DNA of 64,000 bases from assembly GCA_041649495.1 (NCBI GenBank), contig JBAZMZ010000001.1, positions 64,623 to 128,622 on the forward strand. Direction: 5' to 3'. The notes beneath the pieces are model-generated. The model saw only the letters and a list, made by a program, of their open reading frames with translations. It had not been told where the DNA came from and searched no databases. Each line of letters begins with the position of its first letter. Within the stretch, counting starts at the first letter, position 1. This stretch comes from Minisyncoccota bacterium. Lineage in GTDB: Bacteria; Patescibacteriota; Minisyncoccia; Phycocordibacterales; XYD1-FULL-46-19. Below are positions 9,801-22,343 of the stretch, piece after piece. The translations under genes were made by a program, and so were the position numbers.

Positions 9801-10078
9801 CGCTCATCACGCAACAGCCCCTCGGTGGGCGGTCGCAAGGGGGCGGTCAGCGTTTTGGCGAAATGGAAGTCTGGGCCCTTGAGGGTTACGGCGCGGCTCA
9901 TGTCTTGCGCGAAATGTTAACGATTAAATCAGACGATATTGTCGGTCGCTCTTCGGCCTTCGACTCGATTGTTAAGGGTGAGCCAATCAAACAACCCAAT
10001 ATTCCCGCGTCATTCAATGTGATGCTCAATGAACTCAAAGGTTTGGCCATGGATATTGAATTAAGGAGGCTTGATTAA
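6899..10078 (+). CDS. rpoB: DNA-directed RNA polymerase subunit beta (1059 aa)
   Basis: Full-length homology including the GDK..GRHGNKGV and NMQRQAVP regions. Confidence 0.97.
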   Translation: MKKKYFSHYKKPLASMPDLVEVQNKSYEWLIKEGLKELFKEYSPIKDYSDKKFSLEFVGFQLDEPKFDEYYARDNNLSYDAPLRVRVKLTNRSLNLEKEQEIFLADFPLMTNHGTFVINGIERVIVPQLARSFGVFFTANELKGRKFFGAKILPARGAWIEFETEIDDVIYVRIDRKRKFPVTSLLRVFADRDGLEATDEKLIQAFADRQVDITYIQKALAKDHAKTALDSFVEIYKRLRDSDLATPANSKEFVRGMFDREKYDLSSVGRLRFNQRFGLKATEAERENRTLTFDDIVMIVSNIITLNTTKNAKEDDIDHLGFRRVRCVGEMLQAKLKVGMMQMRRNIQDRMSTVDAETLLPVQIISPRPLQARLKEFFSTNQLSQFMSQENILAELEHLRTLSALGPGGLTRERAGLEVRDVHSSHYGKVCPIHTPEGPNIGLILHLSSYARVNEFGIIEAPYRKVEKGKITDEVVFLNAFEEERHVVAHASVAYDENGKLLEELVEARKNANPGLVKREEVEYIDVAPNQAYSIATSMIPFLEHDDANRALMGSNMQKQAVPCICPEAALVATGAEDRAAHDSGRLVLAQNPGTVIKADGQQIVVKKEDGLPGQGKGDTYALANFKMTNDYTCFHHRPIVNVGDVVKKGDLLADSSSTVNGQLALGQNVFVAFMPWGGANYEDAIILSERLVKNSKFTSVFIEEFETNVRDTKLGPEITTHDIPNVGEAKLKNLDEDGIVRLGAEVEQNDILVGKITPKGETELTPEERLLRAIFGDKARDVKDSSLRMPHGRKGRVIGVKVFSREQGDKLESGIIKKVKIQVAQLRNVQAGDKLAGRHGNKGVISKILPEEDMPYMADGTPVDVILTPLGVPSRMNLGQIFEMHLGLAANTLGYQAITPVFAGVTEEEIKTELKSAGFSTDGKVNLLDGQTGEAFGQPVAIGYMYMLKLAHMVEDKIHMRSIGPYSLITQQPLGGRSQGGGQRFGEMEVWALEGYGAAHVLREMLTIKSDDIVGRSSAFDSIVKGEPIKQPNIPASFNVMLNELKGLAMDIELRRLD

Positions 10079-10096
10079 GTTAATAAAAACAATATC

Positions 10097-13882
<3,786 letters not shown>

Positions 13883-13895
13883 CCTCCCACCCTCC

Positions 13896-13930
13896 CCGCC
13901 AGACCTTAAGTGAGCCCAAGGTCTGGCGGG
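13896..13930 (+). terminator. 13-bp perfect hairpin CCCGCCAGACCTT/AAGGTCTGGCGGG after rpoC; member of a repeat family
   Basis: Perfect inverted repeat 14 nt after the rpoC stop; no U-tract follows. Confidence 0.4.
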
Positions 13931-13984
13931 CAAAAGGGATTACTCGTTAATTAAAAAAGTCTTTTTCTTCTAATCCCGATTGGA

Positions 13985-14137
13985 TTAAAATTGATTGGAA
14001 AGTTCTAGCGCTTCTTGTAAACTTTCTAATGCCTCTTTTCTGGTATCACCAAAACTGGAAACGGCAGTGTTTAGGTTCCAAGCGACATAATATTTACCTT
14101 CTTTCCAAACAACATTTTTGAGATTAATTTTACGCAT
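13985..14137 (-). CDS. HicB-like / UPF0150-family small protein (about 50 aa) with no adjacent HicA
   Basis: KNVVWKEGKYYVAWNLNTAVSSFGDTRKEALESLQEALEL matches the HicB N-terminal fold pattern; upstream TTGACT...TGATAAT promoter-like hexamers. Confidence 0.4.
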   Translation of the reverse strand: MRKINLKNVVWKEGKYYVAWNLNTAVSSFGDTRKEALESLQEALELSNQF

Positions 14138-14247
14138 ATTATTATCATAAATTAGGTCGAAAAATAAGTCAATTTTCGCAAAAGTCAGATTTTCTGCTAA
14201 CATTAACCCAGTGGAGTATAACGAAAACTCCATAGGGTAAATCACAT

Positions 14248-15975
14248 ATGGCTTCTTCGGTTGAACAAATCAAGGCGAAGCTTTCGATTGTTGAGGTCGT
14301 GGGCTCTTATTTGAAGCTTGAAAAAGCGGGAGTGAATTATCGCGGGAAATGCCCTTTCCACAACGAAAAAACCCCCTCCTTTTTCGTTTCGCCCACGCGC
14401 GGGTCTTATCATTGTTTCGGCTGTAATCGGGGAGGTGACATCATTAGCTTCGTGCAAGAAATTGAGGGACTCGATTTTATCGAAGCCCTGCGAGTTTTGG
14501 CTGAACGGGCGGGCGTGGAGCTTGAGCCTTTGCGCCGGAACGAAACGGCCGGGTATAATCGTCTCTTTAGTTTATTAGAAGAGGCGACTAAGTTTTACGC
14601 TCAGCAATTAACATTACCCCAGAACAGACCGGCCCATGATTATTTGATAGCGAGGGGTTTGACCGAAGAGAGCATTAAGAATTTTCGTTTGGGGTTTGTG
14701 CCTGAAGCTTGGCGGTCGGTTTATGATCATTTGCTTCGCTTAGGTTATCGTGAAGAAGAAATGATTAAAGTTGGTTTAGTGGTGGCCAACATGAAGGCTG
14801 GTCCGCAAGCCTCACAGGGTTATGATCGTTTTCGATCGCGACTGATGTTCCCGATTGCTAATCCGACGGGCAAAGTGGTGGGTTTTTCGGGTCGAATTTT
14901 TGGTCCAGAGACGGCGACGACCGCTAAATATATCAATACGCCCCAAACTGAACTCTACAATAAATCAAAAATTTTGTATGGTTATGATCGGGCCAAGCAA
15001 GCGATGCGTCAGAAAGACGAATGTATTTTTGTTGAAGGCCAAATGGATTTAATCATGTCATATCAAGCGGGCGCGACCAACACGGTGGCGGTGTCGGGGA
15101 CGGCGCTCACGGCCGAACATATCCAATTGGTTAAACGCTTAACGGATAATATTGTTTTAGCGAATGATTATGATTTGGCCGGACTCAAGGCCTCTCTGCG
15201 GGCGATTAATCTAATTCGCCAGGAAGAGATCAATGTCAAAATCGCCAAATTGCCGAGCGGTCAAGATCCGGCCGAGGTGATTAAAGATAATCCGGCCCAA
15301 TGGTCCGAAATTATCGCGGAGGCCAAACATTATATCGATTTTATGATCGACGCCTTACAAGAAGAAGGCAAGACGGGTTTGGAGCTTAATTTGGCGATCA
15401 ATGATTATGTTTTGCCGTATATCAAGGCCTTAACGAAGAAAATGGAACAAGCCCATTTCGTGGCTAAATTGGCGGGCCTCCTTCGAATTAGTGAAGAGGC
15501 AATTTGGGCGGATTTGCAGAAAATCAAGTTGGACGAGAACATTGCCCCGCCGGCGAAGCCGGCGGGGACCGAAGCCTTAATTGTTCCCGAAGCGATCGGT
15601 CGGCTAAAAATGATTGAAGAAAAGATTCTCGGCTTATATTTTTTGTTAATTAATAGTGGTCAAACTGAGAAGGTCTCGACTAAGTTGACTGATTTGTGGG
15701 GGGCAGATATTTTTAAGACCAAAATCGAGGGGGCTGAGCCAGAGCGTGAACGCTTGGCGTTAATGGCCGAGCTCTGGTATGATCCAGAGAGCGATCCCTT
15801 GGTTGAATTGGACGATTTGGTCCTTAATTGGCAAGAGGAGAGGCTCAAGACCGAATTAAATCAGGCTCTGGTTGAGGTTCAATCCGCCGAGAGAAATAAG
15901 GCCGAAGGGGAGTTAGCAATTAGTTTAAAAAAGTGTCAAGAATTATCAATGGCGATTAATAAATTAAAAAAATAA
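14248..15975 (+). CDS. dnaG: DNA primase
   Basis: CHC2 zinc finger [11 protein letters not shown]...CFGC, TOPRIM region, and conserved dnaG-rpoD adjacency. Confidence 0.95.
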   Translation: MASSVEQIKAKLSIVEVVGSYLKLEKAGVNYRGKCPFHNEKTPSFFVSPTRGSYHCFGCNRGGDIISFVQEIEGLDFIEALRVLAERAGVELEPLRRNETAGYNRLFSLLEEATKFYAQQLTLPQNRPAHDYLIARGLTEESIKNFRLGFVPEAWRSVYDHLLRLGYREEEMIKVGLVVANMKAGPQASQGYDRFRSRLMFPIANPTGKVVGFSGRIFGPETATTAKYINTPQTELYNKSKILYGYDRAKQAMRQKDECIFVEGQMDLIMSYQAGATNTVAVSGTALTAEHIQLVKRLTDNIVLANDYDLAGLKASLRAINLIRQEEINVKIAKLPSGQDPAEVIKDNPAQWSEIIAEAKHYIDFMIDALQEEGKTGLELNLAINDYVLPYIKALTKKMEQAHFVAKLAGLLRISEEAIWADLQKIKLDENIAPPAKPAGTEALIVPEAIGRLKMIEEKILGLYFLLINSGQTEKVSTKLTDLWGADIFKTKIEGAEPERERLALMAELWYDPESDPLVELDDLVLNWQEERLKTELNQALVEVQSAERNKAEGELAISLKKCQELSMAINKLKK

Positions 15976-15977
15976 TT

Positions 15978-17282
15978 ATGGCCAAGAAACAAGTGAACAA
16001 GATCGCAAAAAAGAAAGCCGTCAAAAAAAGCCAGTCGGTTAAATCAAAAATTAAAACTAAGTCTCGACCCAAACCAAAAGTGGTCAAGAAAGTGGTCAAA
16101 AAAGAGCGCAAGCCGATCAAGAAATCCCTCGATAAATCTAGGTCAAGAAAACCTGTTAAATCAGCGGTGGTGATTAATAAAAAAGAAGCCCTCGCTCTTA
16201 AAAAAAGTGGCCAGAGTTTAGAAGAAAAAACAAATCAAAAAGTTGAAATGCTGGTGACGAAGGGGCGGAGCCGAGGTTTTATTACTTATTCCGAAATTCT
16301 CAAAGAATTTCCTAATATTGAAAATGATATTTTGTGGTTAGATCAACTCTACACGCGTTTAGAAGAAACGGGCGTGGATATTTTAGAAGAAGGCAGTTTG
16401 CTTGATCCAGATATAAAAATTGATGAGAAGATTAAGGTGGAGCGAGGGGGTGTTTCTTTTGACTCTGTCCAAATGTATTTGCGCGAAATCGGTAAACACA
16501 AACTTTTGACGGGGGCGGAGGAAAAGGAGATGGCCAAGAAGATCTTACTCGGTGATGATGACGCGAAAAAAGATTTGGCTCGAGCTAACCTGCGCTTAGT
16601 GGTGTCGATTGCCAAAAAATATATCGGGCGGAGTCAAGACCTATCACTCTTAGACTTAATTCAAGAGGGGAATATCGGTTTGTTTAAAGCGGTGGAGAAA
16701 TTTGATTGGCGCAAAGGTTATAAATTCTCAACCTACGCGACTTGGTGGATTCGTCAGGCGGTCACGCGCGCTTTGGCCGATCAGTCGCGAACGATTCGGA
16801 TTCCGGTTCACATGGTGGAGACGATTGCTAAGTATAAGCAAGTTTATCGTCGCTTGTCGCAAGATTTGGGTCGGGATCCATTGCCTCAAGAGATTGCTAC
16901 CGAGATGGGGGTCGAGGTGGAGAAGATTCATATTATCGAAAAGATTGATCAGAGCACCGCTAGTCTTGATAAACCAACCAATAACGACGATGATAAATCG
17001 ACTCTGGGCGAATTTATCGCTGATGACAAAATTGCCGCACCTGACCAAGACTCCTCTCGACGAATCTTGCGTGACCAGATTGACGAGATTATGGGTGACC
17101 TCACGACCAAAGAGCAACGCATTTTGGAGATGCGTCACGGTTTGAAGGATGGGGTGATGCGGACGCTCGAAGAAGTGGGCAAAGAGTTTGGGGTGACCCG
17201 CGAACGCATTCGTCAAATCGAAGCGAAAGCGCACGAAAAAATTAGACAGCACGAGAAGGCGAAAAAACTGATGGGATATTAG
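15978..17282 (+). CDS. rpoD: RNA polymerase sigma-70 factor with Lys-rich (H1-like) N-terminal extension
   Basis: Regions 2-4 ([10 protein letters not shown]...YATWWIRQA, ...[18 protein letters not shown]); the N-terminal 70 aa is about 45% Lys. Confidence 0.95.
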   Translation: MAKKQVNKIAKKKAVKKSQSVKSKIKTKSRPKPKVVKKVVKKERKPIKKSLDKSRSRKPVKSAVVINKKEALALKKSGQSLEEKTNQKVEMLVTKGRSRGFITYSEILKEFPNIENDILWLDQLYTRLEETGVDILEEGSLLDPDIKIDEKIKVERGGVSFDSVQMYLREIGKHKLLTGAEEKEMAKKILLGDDDAKKDLARANLRLVVSIAKKYIGRSQDLSLLDLIQEGNIGLFKAVEKFDWRKGYKFSTYATWWIRQAVTRALADQSRTIRIPVHMVETIAKYKQVYRRLSQDLGRDPLPQEIATEMGVEVEKIHIIEKIDQSTASLDKPTNNDDDKSTLGEFIADDKIAAPDQDSSRRILRDQIDEIMGDLTTKEQRILEMRHGLKDGVMRTLEEVGKEFGVTRERIRQIEAKAHEKIRQHEKAKKLMGY

Positions 17283-17288
17283 GCGCTC

Positions 17289-17443
17289 GGACTTGTTCCG
17301 CTAAACAACACAGAAAACCGTTCCCGCGAACGGTTTTCTTACGCTCCGCCTCGGCCATTTCGCCGTAGTTGCTACGCAACAGAAATAAACGGCGAAAACC
17401 ATGCTGGCCGGTGCTTCGCGAGGTTGTTTAGCGGAACAAGTCC
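17289..17443. repeat. 155-bp element bounded by a perfect 21-bp inverted repeat GGACTTGTTCCGCTAAACAAC
   Basis: Arms at 17289-17309 and 17423-17443; the interior holds the rpoD terminator hairpin and further stems. Confidence 0.6.
17313..17340 (+). terminator. Intrinsic terminator AAAACCGTTC-ccgc-GAACGGTTTTCTT after rpoD
   Basis: 10-bp stem with a T-run. Confidence 0.6.
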
Positions 17444-17530
17444 TCGTTTGGCTGATAGGGGCTAATTTATCCTTATTTTACAAGGTCAATTTGCCCCGAA
17501 ACTTAGTTTCGGGGAACGAAGGCAAAGTGC

Positions 17531-17560
17531 TTGACAAGCAGGGGTGTTTGGGTGTATAAT
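17531..17560 (+). promoter_or_regulatory. Consensus sigma70 promoter TTGACA-18-TATAAT
   Basis: Both hexamers perfect; followed by GGAGG SD and the ATG at 17619. Confidence 0.6.
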
Positions 17561-17618
17561 GAAAAAGGAATTTGGTAGGAAGATTTAGGTACGTTACCAA
17601 CGAAGCGGAGGGCTCACC

Positions 17619-17987
17619 ATGAAGTTGCTTGTAGTCTTAGTTGTTATGTCCGGGGTAGTTATTGGGTCATATTCGTACAGAGAAAGGGTTTCTCAGGAGA
17701 AGGCCATTCTTGAAGAGTTGAGTGGCTTGCGCAGAGATCTTTCTCTTGCGCGTGAAGAGGAGGCGATTCTCCTCACTTATGACAAGCTCGCTTCCGGCCA
17801 TTACAAGGTGGTCGTCGTGCAGAACGAGTATGACGGCACCGCCCTTGTTAGGGGGTATGGGCCGCATGGTTATGTCGACCGCATCGTCAGGAAGATGCCC
17901 CTAGGCTTGATGGTGTCCGGACGGGAGTTCTCCATAAGCTATGATTATGCTTTCCCAAGTTGGGCATCGTCACTTACTCGAAAATAG
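17619..17987 (+). CDS. Hypothetical 122-aa protein with N-terminal TM segment; compositionally atypical (higher GC, GC3-rich codons)
   Basis: Own consensus promoter, GGAGG SD 7 nt upstream, and two tandem terminators downstream. Confidence 0.6.
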   Translation: MKLLVVLVVMSGVVIGSYSYRERVSQEKAILEELSGLRRDLSLAREEEAILLTYDKLASGHYKVVVVQNEYDGTALVRGYGPHGYVDRIVRKMPLGLMVSGREFSISYDYAFPSWASSLTRK

Positions 17988-17991
17988 CCCC

Positions 17992-18100
17992 ACGCAGGGC
18001 ACGCAAGACAGAAGGTCTTGCGTGCATCTGCGCGGGGCCTTTCTGTTTTTAAATTTAAAAATTAAGAAAAAACCACGGGAACTTAGTCTCGTGGTTTTTG
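17992..18100 (+). terminator. Two tandem intrinsic terminators (compound hairpin 17992-18050; AAAAACCACG...CGTGGTTTTT 18066-18100)
   Basis: GC stems followed by T-runs. Confidence 0.6.
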
Positions 18101-18128
18101 TTATGTTCTATTTACTAATCACTAGATA

Positions 18129-18908
18129 CTAGTTTGCTGTTGTGCTAGCAGTAGGAAGAACAGGGGATTCGGCTGGGGTTGGGTTGAGCAAGAGATCGAA
18201 GGCGGCGGCGAGACGCTCGGCGGGGAGACCACCGAAGACGGGTATATTCTGGTCAGGGGTGACGAGGACAAAGAAGGGGGTGCCTTGAGCGCCCAGGGCC
18301 ATTGCTTCATCAACGCTCTCCTGAATTTTATTGGCGTATTTTTTAGCGGTCATACAAGCCTCAAAATCTTTGGTGTCAATCGCTAGGTTTTTGGCTGTTT
18401 CGTCCAATTTGGCGGGGTCAAGTCCGTCGTTAGAAGATGTAATTTCAAAAATTTGGTCAACGAATTGCCAGAATTTTTCATTACCACCAATTTCATTAAC
18501 GCATTCGGCGGCTAAGAATTCGTTACGGCTCTTGGCGTGGAGCGAGTCAAGGGGGAAATCACGAATAACGATCGCCACTTTACCCGTTGCGACATAAGCC
18601 GTGTCGAGTTTGCGTAATTCAGTGTGGAAATATTTACAAGCGGGGCACTCTAAATCAGTATAGACAACGACCTTAATCGGTGCGGTGGCTGAACCGCGGA
18701 GATGATCGGTATTGTCCACTGGGCGAAATTGAGACAAATTGACCCCCTCGGCGATGGGTAGGAGCTCGCTAATTCCGGTTGGTAAGGTTCCCAGTTGCTC
18801 CGTTGGTTGACGAGGGTTCTGGCTCTGATAATAGAAGGCGCCGATTAGGATCAAGATACAGATTATCACCGCGATGGGGATGGCGAGAGACGAACGTTTT
18901 TCTTCCAT
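18129..18908 (-). CDS. Membrane-anchored thioredoxin-fold thiol:disulfide oxidoreductase (DsbA-like)
   Basis: N-terminal TM segment; CPACKYFH CxxC active site. Confidence 0.7.
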   Translation of the reverse strand: MEEKRSSLAIPIAVIICILILIGAFYYQSQNPRQPTEQLGTLPTGISELLPIAEGVNLSQFRPVDNTDHLRGSATAPIKVVVYTDLECPACKYFHTELRKLDTAYVATGKVAIVIRDFPLDSLHAKSRNEFLAAECVNEIGGNEKFWQFVDQIFEITSSNDGLDPAKLDETAKNLAIDTKDFEACMTAKKYANKIQESVDEAMALGAQGTPFFVLVTPDQNIPVFGGLPAERLAAAFDLLLNPTPAESPVLPTASTTAN

Positions 18909-18956
18909 AAATTTAATTTATCTTAGGGTTACTTAATCTTATAATACCTCCTCAAT

Positions 18957-19313
18957 CTACCTGACTTCGGCCCCGGGGTCAATGTTCTCCTCGGGGATAA
19001 GCAAAACGGGTCCCGCGGTATCGGTGGAGGCCGCCAAGAGCATCCCTTGGCTCTCGAGCCCCATCAAGGATCGCGGTTCTAAATTGGCGACAATGATGAT
19101 CTTTTTACCAATTAAGGCCTCTGGTTCGTAAGCTTTGCCAATCCCGGCGATGATTTGTCGCGGTTCTTTACCCTGAGCGGAGTCGAAGGGATCCCCCAAA
19201 CTCACCCTTAATTTTAATAATTTCTCCGAGCCCTCAACTCGCTCCGCCGAAATTACTTCGGCTATCCGAAACTCTATTTTGCTGAACTCCTCATAGCGCA
19301 CGGTGTCTTTCAT
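18957..19313 (-). CDS. tRNA-binding domain protein (CsaA/EMAP/Trbp111-like)
   Basis: FRIAEVISAERVEGSEKLLKLRVSLGD...IIAGI...LIGKKIIIVANLEPRSLMG matches the OB-fold tRNA_bind domain. Confidence 0.7.
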   Translation of the reverse strand: MKDTVRYEEFSKIEFRIAEVISAERVEGSEKLLKLRVSLGDPFDSAQGKEPRQIIAGIGKAYEPEALIGKKIIIVANLEPRSLMGLESQGMLLAASTDTAGPVLLIPEENIDPGAEVR

Positions 19314-19336
19314 AAATTTTTAAATTCTAAATAATA

Positions 19337-19440
19337 AATTCTAAATTCGAAACAAATTATAATATTTAAATCACAATAATCAAACTTAGATAAATTTTGT
19401 TTGTTGTTTGTGATTTGATATTTGTTTAGAATTTCTGGTT
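19337..19440. repeat. AT-rich heptamer-repeat element pair in inverted orientation; member of a family within the liv region
   Basis: AAATTCTAAATTCGAAACAAAT at 19337-19359 and the reverse copy ATTTGTTTAGAATTTCTGGTTTGTAATTTCG at 19411-19440. Confidence 0.5.
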
Positions 19441-20061
19441 TGTAATTTCGTGCTTAGTCCGGTATCGACCTTGTCTCAAGACTTCAATTTTTTCATCAGT
19501 CAACTTGATCAAGGTTGAGGGTTGACCCGAAAGTCTTTTGCCGGCTGATAAATAAAAATCAACTTGGTTGCCAAAATATTTTTTAGCCTGCTTGGTTGTT
19601 TCGGCTGGGGGCGAGCCTTCCGGATTAGCCGAGGGTGCAACCAAGGGACCAGTTTGCTTAATTATTGTATTTAATAATTCATTTTTTGGCCAGCGAAAAG
19701 CGAGTGTTTTTTTGCCAAGGTGAAGATATTTAAATTTCTCACTTTTGCTTTCCAAAATAATGCTCACCGGCCCTGGCCAAATAGTTTTTAAAAAACTTTC
19801 CGTTTTTTTATCTAACTTAATCTTAAATTTAGTTAAATCTTTCAAACCAGAGATTAAAACAATAAACGGTTTGCCCGCGCTTCTTTGTTTTAATTTCTTA
19901 ACTCTCGAGACCGCTTTTTTATCCTCGGCCCGGCCGACTAAACCATAGAGCGTGTCAGTTGGGAGCACGCCAATCCCACCATTTTTTAGGATTTTAGCAA
20001 TGTTTTCCGCTCGCTTGCCATTTGTCCGTTTTGGCATTATCATTGAGCTTATTATAAGCAT
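19426..20061 (-). CDS. tsaC: L-threonylcarbamoyladenylate synthase (YrdC/Sua5 family)
   Basis: GGIGVLPTDTLYGLVGRAED YrdC signature. Confidence 0.8.
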   Translation of the reverse strand: MLIISSMIMPKRTNGKRAENIAKILKNGGIGVLPTDTLYGLVGRAEDKKAVSRVKKLKQRSAGKPFIVLISGLKDLTKFKIKLDKKTESFLKTIWPGPVSIILESKSEKFKYLHLGKKTLAFRWPKNELLNTIIKQTGPLVAPSANPEGSPPAETTKQAKKYFGNQVDFYLSAGKRLSGQPSTLIKLTDEKIEVLRQGRYRTKHEITNQKF

Positions 20062-20075
20062 TATAAGCCCGAAAT

Positions 20076-20160
20076 CACAAATTCTAAACTCTAAACAAAT
20101 CCCAATCTCTAAGCCTTAAACTTGTTTCGAATTTCGGATTTAAGATTTCGAATTTTAGGA
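20076..20160. repeat. AT-rich heptamer-repeat element pair (forward and reverse) upstream of the substrate-binding protein gene
   Basis: CAAATTCTAAACTCTAAACAAATCC ... CTTGTTTCGAATTTCGGATTTAAGATTTCGAATTT. Confidence 0.5.
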
Positions 20161-20165
20161 ATATT

Positions 20166-21272
20166 ATGTCAAAAACTGCTAAATGGATTCTGGCGATTAT
20201 CGTGATTGTGCTCGTCGTCCTCGGGGTTTGGTATTATGGCTCGAAACCAACAACTTCGGTCGAAACTGGGCCGATTAAGGTCGGATTTATTTCTTCCCTG
20301 TCGGGGGAGGCTGGAGTTTGGGGCCAAAATCTTAAAGCTGGTTTTGATTTTGCCCTAAAGGAAATTAATGATAATGGGGGAGTAAACGGAAGGAAGATTG
20401 AAGTTTATTATGATGATGATAAATGCGATGCCACAACCGGAGTTACGGCTTTTAACAAAGCGATTGATGTTGACCAGGTAAAAATTATTACTGGGACAGT
20501 TTGTTCTTCTGTTGCCATGTCTGTTGCTAAAAAAACTCAAGAAAATGGTGTTCTCTACATCGCTTCTGGGGCTACTAATCCTGATGTCCCTAAGCAAGGA
20601 GATTTAATCTTTCGTCTATGGGTATCTGATGCTTATGAGGCCAAAGCTATTGCCGAGTATGCAACCGGTGTCTTAAAGTTGAAAACTTTTGGGATTGCTC
20701 ATGTCAATGATAACCCGGCAGGCATTTCTTTGAGAGATGAATTTAAATCGGTTGCTGAATCTAAAGGTGGAAAAATCTTGGGAATCGAGAGTTTTTCTTC
20801 AAAAGAAAGGGACTATAAAACATATATAACAAAATTGATAGCGAACAAACCGGAGGCCCTTTATGTTGTGGTCTTGCCTGAATCAATGCCAATCGTCATA
20901 AATCAGATCAGAACGATGGGTTATAAGGGGACTCTTCTTGCTTACAGCCCCGCAATGGTCGCTGAGGGAATTCTCGATAAGATAAAGGTCAAAGATAATC
21001 TCTATTATTCGACCCCAGTTGATAAAAAGGAAACAAATTTCTGGGAAAATTATCGTTTGTCAGCCGGCAAAGATGCCGATATGCTTACGGCTTTAGGTTA
21101 TGACAGTATGAAAGTTATTGAAGCTGGTCTCTCCAAATGTGGGGAAGATAATCAATGTATAAAAAATTACCTGTTATCTCTCAAAGACTATCAAAGCGCG
21201 AGAGGGAAATTAAACTTTGATAACTACGGAGATTTAACGGGTGTTGAATTCCAGACAATCAGGGTCAAATAA
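20166..21272 (+). CDS. Branched-chain/amino-acid ABC transporter substrate-binding protein (LivJ/K-like), membrane-anchored
   Basis: N-terminal signal anchor; periplasmic binding protein type I fold motifs; operon context with livHMGF. Confidence 0.75.
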   Translation: MSKTAKWILAIIVIVLVVLGVWYYGSKPTTSVETGPIKVGFISSLSGEAGVWGQNLKAGFDFALKEINDNGGVNGRKIEVYYDDDKCDATTGVTAFNKAIDVDQVKIITGTVCSSVAMSVAKKTQENGVLYIASGATNPDVPKQGDLIFRLWVSDAYEAKAIAEYATGVLKLKTFGIAHVNDNPAGISLRDEFKSVAESKGGKILGIESFSSKERDYKTYITKLIANKPEALYVVVLPESMPIVINQIRTMGYKGTLLAYSPAMVAEGILDKIKVKDNLYYSTPVDKKETNFWENYRLSAGKDADMLTALGYDSMKVIEAGLSKCGEDNQCIKNYLLSLKDYQSARGKLNFDNYGDLTGVEFQTIRVK

Positions 21273-21293
21273 TTAATCGACCCCAGTTCTACC

Positions 21294-21325
21294 CAAAAAC
21301 CGCTTCAGTCATGAGGCGGTTTTTG
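21294..21325 (+). terminator. Intrinsic terminator AAAAACCGC...GCGGTTTTT
   Basis: Hairpin with a T-run after the substrate-binding protein gene. Confidence 0.55.
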
Positions 21326-21423
21326 GATTGGGGGGATTTTTTATGCTATTATTTAGCTTGGTAGTTTGCTTCTACCTGCTGGAGGCAGGCAAGCCTACTA
21401 CTTATTACTTACTACTATCCTCC

Positions 21424-22296
21424 ATGTTTTCCCAAATTTTAATTAACGGTCTGATTGCTGGCGCGATTTATGCCTTAGTCGCGGCGGGTTTTTCGTTGAT
21501 TTATTCAACCACCAAATTTGTCCATTTTGCTCATGGCGGAGTCATTGCCTTGTCGGCCTATATGCTCTATCTGTTTTACTCTCTAATTGGGCTCAATTTT
21601 TGGCTGTCGGCGCTTTTGGCGATTATCTCGGGGGTGGTGATTGGGATTGGGATTGATTACTTAATTTATCGACCTCTGCGCCGGCGCCGAGCTTCATCCG
21701 TGATTATTTTGATTGCTAGCGTGGCTGTTTTGTTGATCTTAGAATCACTTAATCTGATGTTGTTTGGGGCGGATGTTAAATCAATCAATTTCTTGGAGAT
21801 TGGTTCGGGCTGGACGATTGGCCCGGTGATTATCACTTCTCTCCAGATTTTTATTGTCGTCTCTTCACTGGTGATGTTGGGGATTCTCTTTCTGTTTATG
21901 AAATATTCGAAAATTGGCAAAGCGATGCGCGCGGTGGCTGACAACCAAGCGGTGGCGGAGATTGTCGGGATTTCAGCCGAGAAAATCTATACCTGGTCTT
22001 TTGGTCTCGGCTCGCTGATTGCCGGTTTCGCCGCCGTTTTGATCGCCCTCGAACAAAATATCGAACCCACGATGGGCACCGCCTTAATCATCAAAGGCTT
22101 CACCGCCTCGATTATCGGTGGCGTCGAGAGTGTGGCCGGGGGAGTCTTGGGCGCTTTCTTGCTTGGTCTGGCCGAGAATTTTGGCATTTGGTGGTTACCC
22201 TCGTCATACAAAGATGCCATCGCGTTCTTTATCTTGTTTGTCTTTTTATTATTTAAACCAGAAGGTATCCTTGGGGTAAAGAAGGGTAATAAATGA
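21424..22296 (+). CDS. livH: Branched-chain amino acid ABC transporter permease (LivH-like)
   Basis: Polytopic membrane protein, ...FAHGGVIALSAYM...; start chosen at MFSQ, with a TACTACT-rich leader. Confidence 0.75.
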   Translation: MFSQILINGLIAGAIYALVAAGFSLIYSTTKFVHFAHGGVIALSAYMLYLFYSLIGLNFWLSALLAIISGVVIGIGIDYLIYRPLRRRRASSVIILIASVAVLLILESLNLMLFGADVKSINFLEIGSGWTIGPVIITSLQIFIVVSSLVMLGILFLFMKYSKIGKAMRAVADNQAVAEIVGISAEKIYTWSFGLGSLIAGFAAVLIALEQNIEPTMGTALIIKGFTASIIGGVESVAGGVLGAFLLGLAENFGIWWLPSSYKDAIAFFILFVFLLFKPEGILGVKKGNK

Positions 22297-22302
22297 TTTT
22301 AT

Positions 22303-22340
22303 TAAGCACGAAATTTTAAATTCGAAACTCGAAACAAATC
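22303..22340 (+). repeat. AT-rich heptamer-repeat element (forward copy) 5' of the four-helix-bundle gene
   Basis: AAGCACGAAATTTTAAATTCGAAACTCGAAACAAATCAT. Confidence 0.5.
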
Positions 22341-22343
22341 ATA

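Noticed and set aside
14242-14457. 71-aa minus-strand ORF overlapping the dnaG start
   Set aside because: Antisense to the conserved N-terminal zinc-finger region of DnaG, with no support.
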